Origin: Psammoneis japonica
Taxonomy: Eukaryota
NCBI GenBank assembly: GCA_008632985.1
Contig: QPGO01000226.1
Span: forward strand, 1 to 64,000
DNA length: 64,000 nucleotides
Reading direction: 5' to 3'
The translations under genes were made by a program, and so were the position numbers. Below, piece after piece: positions 38,893 to 50,439 of this stretch. Position 1 is the first letter of the stretch, and every line of letters begins with the position of its first letter. Below the pieces are notes generated by a model. It had not been told where the DNA came from. It searched no databases and saw only the letters and a program-made list of their open reading frames with translations.

Positions 38893-41800
38893 AGTCTTTG
38901 TGACAAAGATAACAACAACAAAGCCGCAACACTACTATAGATCAACAATTGAATCCCGCTATTTTGTAATTCTATAAAACTAAATCTCTTGACAACAACC
39001 AATGACAACAATCAACCACCACCTTTGAGGGCAGGTGAACCCTATCGCAACGGAGATTCGGATCTGCGGCTGTTGAAGGCACTCCCGTCCTTGGAAGTGC
39101 CAGTCAACGCCTCACCGGGGAGCAACCCCTTGGCTCTCGTCGGCCGTCTCAATATTCAGAGGTGGGGTGGAGCCACCGGCATTCCAGCCCACATGAACAT
39201 CATTGCAGAAAAATATTACCGAGGCGCCGCTGCAGTCAGCAACCTCGGTAGTTGCTCTTAATAATTAGAGACGAGAGCAACCTCGTCTACCCTTTATTTC
39301 GGGACTTTTCCAAACACCGATCCAGAATATCCAACCGATCTAGAACTTGAGCAACGTGCATTAGAGGAATAAGAACGCAAAGACCAAGAGGAACGCAAGG
39401 TGGAGTCATGGTAACGCGCAAACAAAAGGTGCTGGCGAGCCTAAAGACTGCGCTGCTAATGCCGCCGCTTTGCAGCAGACGACAAAAGTAACTGGACAAG
39501 TATACACTTGCTCAGACAACACCGATCCATTTTCTCGGCTGCCTTTTAGAAAGAAATCCATATCTTTTCACATTGTCTGGTTTGAACTTGAAGGGTGCCT
39601 CCGGTTTCTCAAACACTAAATCTGGTTGTTGTTCACCTGGCCATCGGGGCCTTAGAGCGTCGCCGTGCCATGGAATGCTCTGCACACTCATTTCTTAAAA
39701 TCTTTGAAGTTCCGCAGTTGTTTCCAACCAGTTTTCACAACGGATCTCACTCAAAGGCAAGAACTCAGCGTGACTGTAGTCGTGAACCACCGAAGTAGCG
39801 ATAAAGCTAGCCCGATGCCCGAGCCAGTAGCTCTTGGGACAACTTTAGAACAAGACTTCAAATTTAATGAAATTTATGAGAAACAAAGTGTGTATGACGA
39901 AACGACTCTGCTTCTCGTGTAGGCATACCTCTCAATCAACAAAAAACAATCTGAGAGAAACAAGGTGGGAGAAGCACAAAAAGGAATTGGATAGGTCGCA
40001 ATAACATCCTATTCGCTGCGGAATAAATAACATTGTGCATTCTGGTGTTGGGTAAAAAAAACGGATTGTTGTTATCCCGGAAGAAGAACAGATACCGCCC
40101 CCCTTTCGACGGGAGGGAAAAGAGAAAAAAGTAATAAATTTGACGAATTGTGTGGTTGTGTGGAGTCGTGATGTTGCGAACAGACAAGACATATCAATAT
40201 GATAAACAGTACTGTTGAGAAACATAAACAAAGACGGTTAAAAAGCGAGTTGTGTACATGTTACCCATCAGCAGGCCCCCGTTCGACCCGCCTCGCGCAG
40301 CGAGCTTCGAGGGCTTGCATAGCTTCTGCGATACAAGGTGCTCGGCAACGGCGATAAAATCTTCGTAGCTTTTGTTCCTGCTTCCTTTTAGTGCGGCCTA
40401 AAACCTCAAGCCAGACAAATGTGAGAATAATACCGGTAGACCGAACGCAGGGAAACGGGGTTGCTGGTAAACACACGGGATTTACCTGATGCCATTGGGG
40501 ACCAAACTCTCCGCCTCCTCTGATATTTGCCTCTACATATGCACCGCCTCGCTCAAGCCACGCAATTCCACCTAAACAAAGTAGGAAACGCAGTTACAGG
40601 TAAGACTCTTCCAAAGAAGGCCATACAGAAACGAATCTTTCGGGATGACAAGCAATCACTCACCGGTGGCAATATAGTGTGGACGGAGAGCAATTTCAAA
40701 GCCACCATAGCCGTAAAGCAATGTAGGTGTGTTCCCATCCATATCAATTCCTTTCTTCTTTACTAAAAGTAAGGTACTTTTGTTCCGTCCTGCTAGTCGC
40801 TGTTCCCTGAGTAACTTCCATGTCAGAAGAATCATACTGGGATGGAAGGGATTTTATTTTGTCTTGGATGTACGATTCAGACAGTCCTTTTCTGGTCGTC
40901 CACCTTGAGATCCAACGTTGTTACAACTTGCTAAGTAGAGCGTACTCGGCTGAGTATATCCACTTGTAGTAAGCCAGAACTCATCACTTCCATACGCATC
41001 GACTGGAACAGGAATACTAGATTGAATCGATGCTGCCGAGTCACCCCCTACCTTGCGTAGAGCAGATCCACTCTCTTCGATCTTGTAGAACTCAAGCTTG
41101 ACTTAACATTGTCCAACAAAGACAGAACGAAATAATTCTTCGTTACAATGTAGTTCTCAATGGCGGTTCTATCGGTAGGCTCGAAGACAACATTATATGT
41201 ACAGGCCTCCTTTCCTTTCGAGAGCAAATCATTTGCGTCAACATAAAGCACCGATCCCTGCTTGTAAACCTCCCTTCTCGGAACAGGCTCCCAGTCAGAT
41301 CGTAGATGGACAATCAACATATTACCAACGAATATCGCGCTTGCATCATCTTGAACGTCGAGTTCCACAAAGTCTCCTGCATCCTCTACATTCTGGCGTT
41401 TCGGATCGTCTGGAGCCAATAAATGCTCAAACTGAACTGTCCGAACCCATTTCTTGGCAGTATAGAAAGTTGGTGTACGAGCGTGCACTTCGTAAATCGG
41501 CCCTCCACGATGCCGCTGGTCGTATACGTGCGCGCTGACAGAGACATCTGTTTTCTCACCCTCAAACACAACAGGGGCATCCTCTATGTTCGTGCCACGG
41601 ACCCACTCCCTCACTGTTCGAGGGTATCCAGAATCTGTCAAGCTTTCTTCGCCAAAGTCTGTCCCGACAAGAACGACGTCTCTGCTCTTGTAGCTTATTC
41701 TAGTCTTAGCTTCACTAACGACGAAAGGATCTTCCGTAACGAAATCACCTTCGAGTAGATCAAACTCCTTAATATGCACAGCATCGGATCCGCCTCGAGA

Positions 41801-42729
41801 GAGACTCAGAAGTGACCGAGTCACCCGTTGGCCATTGTCCGAAAATGGATCTCGCGCTCTAGCCAGTGGCATTGATCCCTTCCAAACCCACGATATGTCA
41901 TCCTTTTCTGATAATTCATCAACATCTAGAATAGTGCTCCACTCTGGATTTTCAGAACGGTAGGATTGCATCGTCGTCTTTCGCCAAATTCCTTTAGGGT
42001 TCTGCATTTTGCATTGTGACGTTAGAAAAGTTTAGGGTAGAAATCATTTGACGCGCGTCAGTAAATGCACGGTTAATGCTACTTTACCTTCGAGTCTTTC
42101 CAGAAGTTAGCAAAAGGGGTTCCCCCGCTTCCGTATGGCCATATTGTCCACAATAAGGAATGCGTTCATCACTCTCAAGAGCCGCCAAAACACGGTCATA
42201 CGTGCCCGTGTCAGATTTGTTGGGATCGCCTAGAGCTTTTAGGCACTTTTCATTAGCTGACTGCGCAAAGTTCAATGACTCCTCGCTTTCAACTTCCTCA
42301 AGATAAAGGTATGGGTCTTCACTACTTGTGTCGTCTCTGCCAACCATGCTCACGATATGCCTAACAAAGGGTGCCGCATGATGGTTTCTGCTACACTGCG
42401 AGAAGCTTTGACCAAAATTGATGCCGGCAAGAAATGAACTTGCGGGTCGACACAAGAGAGAGAGAACGGTGAGAGCCGATACATCGAGAGTACTACTACG
42501 CATGAGTTGTGTTCGCCGTGCTTTCTCGAAGCCGTTACAGAATCCCCGTCGTCCCTCCTTGTCCTATCGTCGGTGCTTTTCGACAAATTTCACTGGATGC
42601 GTTCCGCTCGAATGTTTCACGAACTACCTTTAGCTTTGAAACTGCAGACGCATAGTAGTGAAAGTGAAAGTGAGAAAAGCTGTGCGGCGCGCGGGAGCAG
42701 GAGCAAAGTAGAGGGGGCGCGCAAGACAT

Positions 42730-44390
42730 GAGCGCCCGGGGCGTTTCAAATGAGGGGTGGGTGAGCATCAGCCGGTGTGAAGAGTGGAGAGGAATCGAAG
42801 GGTGTGGGCGGAGAGATGATGAACGATGTTGTGGCCAAGAGTTTGAATGGCCCATTGGGAGGGGGTGGAAGAGTGATGAGAACTGCCAAAGCAGTCAGCA
42901 GCAAGTTGACGCCAGACGAAGTCAGCGGAGGAAAAAAGGGCAGATGGCAAAGCAAGGGTGTGATCAAAGGCGGTGCAGGAAGCATTGGAGTGTTGCAGGG
43001 CAGAAGAATCAGACCAGGGGGGCTTGCGTTGGGAACAGAGAGCAGAGGAGGAGGAGGAGCCAAAAAGGAAGAAATGAAAAAAGAAACAGAGGCCAGCCAC
43101 CAAGGTGGTCAACAGCAAAAGAAAGAAAGAAGATCCCGTCGTCATTGAGAGACTGAGTGGCAAGGGAGCCACAGGAAGAAGAGGCAGCAGGGCCAAGAAA
43201 CTTTGACCTCATGCTTGTGCAGTGTGCCTCAGTTAAAACTGGGAAAGAAAAAGCTGGCAGACCGGGAGGAGGGTGAGGGGGGGCTTTGGGTGCAGCGATT
43301 TCAACAGCGTTGGCTGTGCAGCGATGGTGGGAGGGAGTGGCAATGGAGGCAGGAGGAGGGATGGCAATGTCTGCATTGGCTGGGTGAGAAGGGGGAAGTT
43401 TGGAAGGAGGTTTGCAGGCTCAAGGTGGACGTCATTGGGCATGTTGCACCACAGCTTGGCAAGAGGTCCCAGAGTTTGAGCAATGACGAAGACCATGTGA
43501 TTGCCTTTGCAAGCAAAAACATGATGACTGAAGGCATCAAGAGCAGCATGACCACAGGAGCATGGGGTGCCGATGAGGGATGGGGGCAGCACAGGGAGAC
43601 AGAGCTTGTGCCAAGCCACAGTGGTGCATTCATTGGAAGCCAAGCGAGTGGCATCAGAGCGGCAGGAGAAAAGAGCAGAGCTGGAGACTGGCAAGAGGAG
43701 ACACAAGAGAAGGCAGGGCAGTTTGAACATCCAAGGGAGCATTGGCAAGAGCAGAGTCAACAATGTGGCGCTGATGAGCACGACAAAAGTGACTTGCTGC
43801 CAGGCCGGGGAGCATGATTGTCTTGACAAGAGCAGACAAGGAAGGAGAGGATGATGGAGAGTCAGAAGTGAGGGTGGAAGTGCAGCATTGGAAGAGGGTG
43901 CAGAGGCAAAGGTGGGAGTGGGGTTTGTTCCAGGAGGACAGAGACAGAAGGAAGCCATGGGAGAGCTCAAGTGAGTTGCCAGACAGGAGCTGCACTCCAT
44001 GCATGGCAAAGCAAAAGGAGTGGAGCAGGGATGTGAGAAAGAAAGAGATGGCAGTGGCATGGCATCAGGATCCTGAAGGCCAAAGCCACCAAGGGAGGCA
44101 AGGAGAAAGGCAATGGCCAGGGAGTGAGGAGGAAGGGGGTTGGCATGATTGGTGGCACAACAAAGGAAGCAATGGGTGGTGGTGAGGAGAAAATCTTGAA
44201 AGGGAGAGGACCAAAGAAAGGGGTTGGGTGGGTCATCAGGGTTGAAGTTGCAGCAGAAGGTGGCCCCAAGCAAAAAGGGGCAGGGAGGGGTCAAAGCAGT
44301 CCATGGCACACGCACCACATCTCACATAACTGCGCACAAGGCCTGACAAGCATCACGTTGGCTTTTCTGGACACCTCTTGGCAAACCTGA
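42730..44390 (-). mobile_element. 5'-truncated non-LTR retrotransposon with restriction-like endonuclease (CRE-like)
   Basis: LLASLGGFGL (RT thumb), CSCGHAALDAFSHHVFAC (CCHC knuckle), QPADI-type PD motif, FAVDHLGG. Confidence 0.7.
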
Positions 44391-44531
44391 TGATTCGCAT
44401 TTTTAAATTTAGGGAGGCATCCTGCAATCCCTAAAATTCTTATCTTCTCAATTTAGAAATTACTTTCTAAAAATACCAATCAAGAACATCCTACTCACCA
44501 CCACACTTTGTCCACTCTACAGGAATGAAAC

Positions 44532-45731
44532 TCAGTAACTGCTGGCAAGTTTCTCAAACACAGCATCATAGACCACAGGCATGTGGTCGGCCATGTTGTT
44601 GATGTGCAACAAGATGCCCAAATCTGACACTTGCTTCGGGTCGCAATAGACCACATCAAACGATGACGGGTTTCGGGCAACCTCCTTGGTCCAAACGATG
44701 AACGCACCGGGAATCTTCAATCGTTCCGCACCTGGTTTCGATGGCATGACTCCAGAAGCATTCCTCACAGCTGCAACCAGATCCGTTGATGGCTTTATTT
44801 CTTCGCGTATGAGTCTCAACCGCTCCCAAACGGGCATCTTGCAGGTGATGTCGTCAATTGCATCCAGTGTTTTGAGGACCCTTCGCACAGAGTCGACAGA
44901 CAAGAAAGGAACAATATCTTTCCCATGAACGAAATTATAACAAGAGGAGTGCGCGGAGATGAGAGCCTTCTCGTTGGAATTATCGCTTTTAACAAAGACA
45001 GGTGGAGATGCAAATGCGTAGCACGTGCTCTTTCTGCCGTTGAAAACATCGGAAGGATCACAGTGTACCTTTATGTGCACCAGATTCGCCGCGCCAGCCC
45101 CCAAGCTATCGCCCGTAATAACAAAATCGTAATCCGGACAGGAAAATAGAGCTCGGGCAACGGCATTACGAGTCTCGATGTTCTCGTACAAGTGTACCGC
45201 CGATTTGGCAATGCCGTTGTGCGCGAGTCCACCACAAAAGGGGGCTGATTACGGGTAAAAAAAGCAAAGAAATTTGTGTGGTGAGATAATCGGTCCAGAA
45301 TACTTCTTATATAACATTACAGAAACGATTCCGTTGAGCTGCGAGAAAATATTTCATCGAGATAAGAAGTACTTACTCGACGCTGCGTCCAAATCAGTGA
45401 CACATTCTGAAGTACCATGGGTTCCTCGGAGAGACAAAACAACTGACTTTGTCTTGTGATCGATCACGCAGAAGTGTCCAATCAGCTCAGGGTTTGATCC
45501 TGGAGGAGTGATATAGACAATATCCTCCACGTCAATCTCGAGGTATTTTGCAATGCGATTCAGGCGCAACTTGAGAATTTCGTCCGAATTGCTCTTCGTA
45601 AGGCTAATTAGGGTGGTTTGCTCCGGGTGCTTCTTCTCATCTGCCGTGGGAATATTTATTGCTTCTGTCGCTTCAATGGCAAACACACCATAGGCTGCAA
45701 TTGAAAACTTCATGTACCTTGGACAATTGAT

Positions 45732-45772
<41 letters not shown>

Positions 45773-46561
45773 GATGAGATTTTACTTCGGTCAACAACGC
45801 CTTCTAATCTTCTAGTACAGTAGCCGACAAGAGTCAACTCACCTACTGGCTTTATGGAACAGCTCCTTCTCTTGGCTGAGAGACAAAGGCTCACGCGCGA
45901 GCTTTGCCTTGTAACGCCGATCCTTTTCCGTGTCCAATGCCTTCTGAATTTTCGCCATAATAATCATATTCCCCTTGGTTCGAGGATTGATCAGGCTCTT
46001 CTTGACTTCATTGTCAATGCCGTACGATGAGAGGTAGCGAATAAACATTCCGAGAGTGTTGTCCCATTCACGACTGCGACCAACAGGATCCGCAACGTAA
46101 TCGAGAAAAGCATTAACGGCATATGAGATGCCAAACAACGACAACGAGATAAGGGCCGGGGGTGCGGCGCCAAGCTTATCGAGGAGCGAACTAGACGAAG
46201 AATCGAAGTGCTCCGTCTCGAGTTGCGCTACCGCCTGCTCCCGGGCTTGCACAGCCTGACCTGCCGCCTCTTCTTCTGCGTGTTCCGGAAGGGACCGAAA
46301 ATGAGGAAGGAGCCCGTAGCCCACAACCTTGACGGCGCGAAAGGCGGTACCGAGGGTAAACGCCGAGATCCCATCGAGCAAGGGCACACTGCTGACCACT
46401 CGCGGCAGGACGGCCGCCGTGACGCCCAACACGGGGCTAATAACATGATCGCGCACCGGATGAACCACGTTCGCAGCGATACCGGACCATTCGGCGTTAT
46501 TCAAATCATTTTGGGCCGCCTCGAGGACGTGGCCAGTTAGAGTCTGAGTCTGACCCGGCAT
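44532..46561 (-). CDS. Class 3 lipase (DAG-lipase-like); 3 exons
   Basis: RYMKFSIAAYG, VVLSLRGT, TDLDA, AHNGIAKSA, ITGDSLGAG, YAFASPP, DIVPFLS, DHMP. Introns 45718-45842 and ~45247-45377. Confidence 0.85.
45734..45769. repeat. (AG)18 microsatellite in lipase intron
   Basis: Read directly from the sequence. Confidence 0.95.
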
Positions 46562-46655
46562 GATGCTGGCGGTGGTATTCACCGGTGCAGTGCCAGAACT
46601 GTGCCGGCAGCTGTTTTACAAATTCAAGTCAGAAGTATAAAAAACATACCAGAGC

Positions 46656-48250
46656 CTACGCCACTAGTGGCGTAGAATGGTTCAGGGTGTACACAAATTT
46701 TGTACCACAGTGGCGTACGTGATTTTGATATGAGATTCTACATGCGCCTAGTGGCGTAGACCCAGTACAAAAGCAATAAATTTTTGAAGTTTTGTGGCGT
46801 ACAAAGTCAGTATGTTGTGGCGTAGATTCGACATCAACAAGACTTCGCGCAACACTCGCAACAACCAAGACAACAGATAACCGCTCGCAAAATCTCGCTC
46901 CCACTTTACACGTTGCAGCTGATGTGGTGTTGTTCATTCGTCTCACTCGTTTTCATCGTGGAACCTCCTGATGACACAGGGTGTCTTTCAGGCATGTGCA
47001 TCGGTCTGATTGCCCCCCCCCTCTTTGGGCAAGAATGGGGTGTGTGGTTTGCTTCTTGAAGACACCAGACCAGCCACAAGGAGCTTGCAGTGGAGAGCTG
47101 GCAAGCAAAGCACTGGGCTGCGCCACAAGGCACTGGCTGATGGGACAGCATTGGGCAAGCACAACTGCAAGCATTTTCCTGAGGGCACTTTGCACCACAT
47201 GTGACAAAGCCAGAAACATGGACTGAGAAACACAGACAGAGCCAGGTTTTGCTCAGCTGGCCACCCAGAATTCAAGCAGGGGTGCAGCCGGAATGAAGAA
47301 GGCTGCAGGTCAATTTGAGGTCCCAGTGGGAACTTGCTTTGCATGTTTGTTAACAGCCTGCTGCAGAAGCCGTGGCTGCACTGGAAACCCAAAGGTGGCG
47401 GTGCGTGATGGGGTGGATCTTGCAAATTCTCTCAAGATTTTGTGATGCCTGGGGCCAAAATTTGGGTGCAGCATCCACAGATGCTTTGGGAGAGATGCTG
47501 TGAATTTGTCAAAGCAGGCACTTCTGACAGCATGGGTGGGGAAGGCCAGTGCTTGTTGCCAGGGATCTTTGTGAAGATCTTTTAAAGAGGATGACACTGC
47601 GTTTTCTCACTTGGAAACTTCAGAGAATTGTTTGGACACAGTGCTGGGGCCAAACCCGCCAAAGTGTGCACTGAATTTTGGAGAACAAAGAAGACACAGA
47701 TCAGCGGCAGTGGCCACCAAGCTGGCAGGGCAAGGCTTGGAAAACAAGCTGCCCAAAAAGCCATGATGGGCTGGCAGCAAAGCACTCTCTCACAAAAGAT
47801 GCCGCTGTCAAGCTGTGCCACAGACTGGCACAACTCCACAGTTCTCCAGCACGCTGTGGGAGCTTTGCTGCCAAGCATGTAAAACCGCAGCACCTCAAGT
47901 CACAGACAAGCTGCTTTGCAGGCAGAAGCCCAGCCAAGGGCCGCAAGTTGACAGCCCCACAGCGTCTTCTCTTTTTCTCCTTTTTCCTTCTTTTCCTCTC
48001 TCTCTTCTCCTTTTCTCCTTTTCAGTTCATTCTTCTGGGCCGCCTCCGGCGGCCACCTCTTTCATTCTTCCCACATGCCGAAATCTCTTTGCACGAAAAA
48101 ATTCCAGCCAGAAGTAAAAAAAATACCAGGCCCTGCCGAATGCTGATGCAACTTGTTTCTTTTTGGCTTGGATGATGATGATGATGTGTGGCGGTGCTGA
48201 CGCTGGAGGGAAGTTTCATCGGCTGGTGGCGGATGCGATTCAAATATCCA
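46656..48250. mobile_element. Unclassified decayed element with subterminal GTGGCGTA repeats
   Basis: Palindrome CTACGCCACTAGTGGCGTAG at 46656 plus four more GTGGCGTA to ~46825, followed by a TpA-depleted body ~46900-48250. Confidence 0.5.
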
Positions 48251-48894
48251 CGTGGTTATCCGTACCGTACCCAGTAAGGTACAGTACAGCACAGATATAG
48301 TACAGTACTGTAGCATATTATTTGGACAAAATATGCTACAGTATATGCTACAGTATAAATATGATATCCTGATCCAAAACGCCACCACTATTTTTCCACT
48401 CCTTAATTGTTTTTCCGTTGATAGCACTGCGTTAAACATTGCCGGGCATAGGGGCGTATGAAATACATAGGGGAAAATCGATTTGCATGGAATTATTTGA
48501 AGGCTTCTGAATACAACATAAAAAAGGGAGTTCGTCGCAGTCGGGGGCCACGAATCAATCGCCTGCACGCTATTTTTATTATATATATGCTACATACGGT
48601 ATCTCGTAGAATCAGTGCCAGGATTGCCGTAGCCAGAAATAGCATACCGGGCCAATACATCCAAAAAAATCTACCCTCAGTTCTACCCTGTAGAGAGTAG
48701 TACTCATCCTACGGGGAAGAAGACCAAGCCGTAGCCATCAGTATAGAAGCTACGTGCTAGTAATCAACCTACGCAAACCACACGCGAGGAGTTGCGAAGC
48801 CGAAAAAAAACTCCAAGACGAAGCGAGCGACGCTCAAAAAACACCGAAAAACACCGTGCCGTCACCTTGACCATGGCCTTTGAACGCCCGTAGT

Positions 48895-49640
48895 CCTACT
48901 CGGTACCCATTACAGCAAAGGTATGAACACCAACATTGACTAATGAGACTATGAAAAAAAAGATGCTTGCTTTGGATTTTTTGCTTACCCTTGCCTTTGG
49001 GTGTTTGATGACTTTTGCTGCAAGAGAGGAAACACGCGGCGCCACCGCGTCGGTAACAGTAGCGTCGATATTTCTACTCGGTAATTTAAGGACAAAGGTG
49101 AGATTCCAATAGTCGCTAAAGGAACTATTCAAAATCTTATGGCTGTGTTTGTATTCATCACAAAGCCCGTCTTTTGGGCGTTTGATGCTTTTTTCTGGGG
49201 CACAGCTTTTCTCTCACTTTTTCTATTGTTTTGTGGTCGCTCACAGGTCTACCCGGCACCCATTGCAACGACGGCATGAACACCGCTATGGACTAATATG
49301 ACTATGGAAAAAAATGACACTTGCAGTGGATTTGTTGCTGCTCCTCACCTCTTGGGTGTTTCGCGACTTTTGCTCCCAGAGAGGACACTGACAGGACTGC
49401 CGCGTCTGACACAGTAGCATTCATAATCAAGCTCGGCTTCGGACTGCAAAGGTAAGAACAACAAAATTTGCTAATGACAGTGTCGAAAATGTGATGGCAA
49501 TGTTTGTTTGTTGTGCACATCTCATGTTTTGGGCGTTTGATGATTTTTAAGTGTGGCAGAGTTTGCTCCTCACTGTTTCTCCGGTCTCGTCGTCGCTCAC
49601 AGGTCCACTCAGCACCCATTGCAGCAAAAGTACCAAGGTC
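48895..49640. repeat. Diverged ~355-bp tandem repeat, 2 copies plus the start of a third
   Basis: ACCCATT anchor at 48905, 49258 and 49614; shared GACTATG, TTGGGTGTTT, GACTTTTGCT, TTTTGGGCGTTTGATG, GTCGCTCACAGGTC. Confidence 0.8.
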
Positions 49641-50439
49641 ATTACGGACCAAATAGTTATTAAAAAATGCATCTCAAGCCGGGGATGTGGAACAATCTAG
49701 AAATGTCAACGGTTGCAACCTTTGGTCGTGCATTCAGCGCTGGGGAGCAGCTTGTTTTCTTGTCAAGCTGGCGGAAGTGCGATGAGATGCTGACAATTCT
49801 TTTGTCTAATGCAATTGTTTAGTACCATTTAAACATAGAACTCACAATAACAATCTCAAATAGGTGCTTTAGAGCTTGTCAAAGTTAGAAGTGGTGCAAG
49901 TCATCTGTCTGTTTTCGCCACAAGTAGCACGAATGTTTAGGCTCTACTCAGGACACCTGTGAGTGCTGCTTTCCATGCCAAAATATATGAAGTTGGCATT
50001 GGCACATTTGCTGGGGTTGTACTCGGCGACGCTCATGGTTGAGATGCCGCATTGAGACGAGTAGAACTTTCAGTATTTTTTTGTTCATACCGTCGCACCC
50101 GACCTCACTAAGGACAGACGGTTTAGATCGCGCGAAAGGGGCGCGCAGGGTAGAATTTTTGGCTCCGAAAATTCTACTGTGCCTTCTACCTGAGTGGAAT
50201 AAACAGTGGATGTACGGTAGATCTTTTTAGAAGATACCAACACCGTATTGATAGTTCTACATACGAGAATTCCACTTTCCAGTAGAAAAATACTACTTGG
50301 GTAGAATTTTGGGTGTAACGGCGGAATGCCGCACCATATGCTATCATGCTATACCTTTTTTGCGGACGACTGACGGACCATCGTGATAGCGCTAACTCTT
50401 CAGACCGCAGAAGCCACAAAACATCAGAATCAGCCGCAA

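Larger units (their letters stand above)
34704..42503 (-). pseudogene. Prolyl oligopeptidase (S9A) gene interrupted by a ~5.1-kb insertion
   Basis: 5' part 42503-40245: EDPYLYLEE, LSRGGSDA, LLYGYGGF, ANIRGGGEFGPQWHQ, RGGSNGGLLMGNMYTTR, with three introns. 3' part 35106-34704: PDLFGA, VPLLDMKRY, RDDRVHPGHARK, EGGHGG. Confidence 0.85.
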
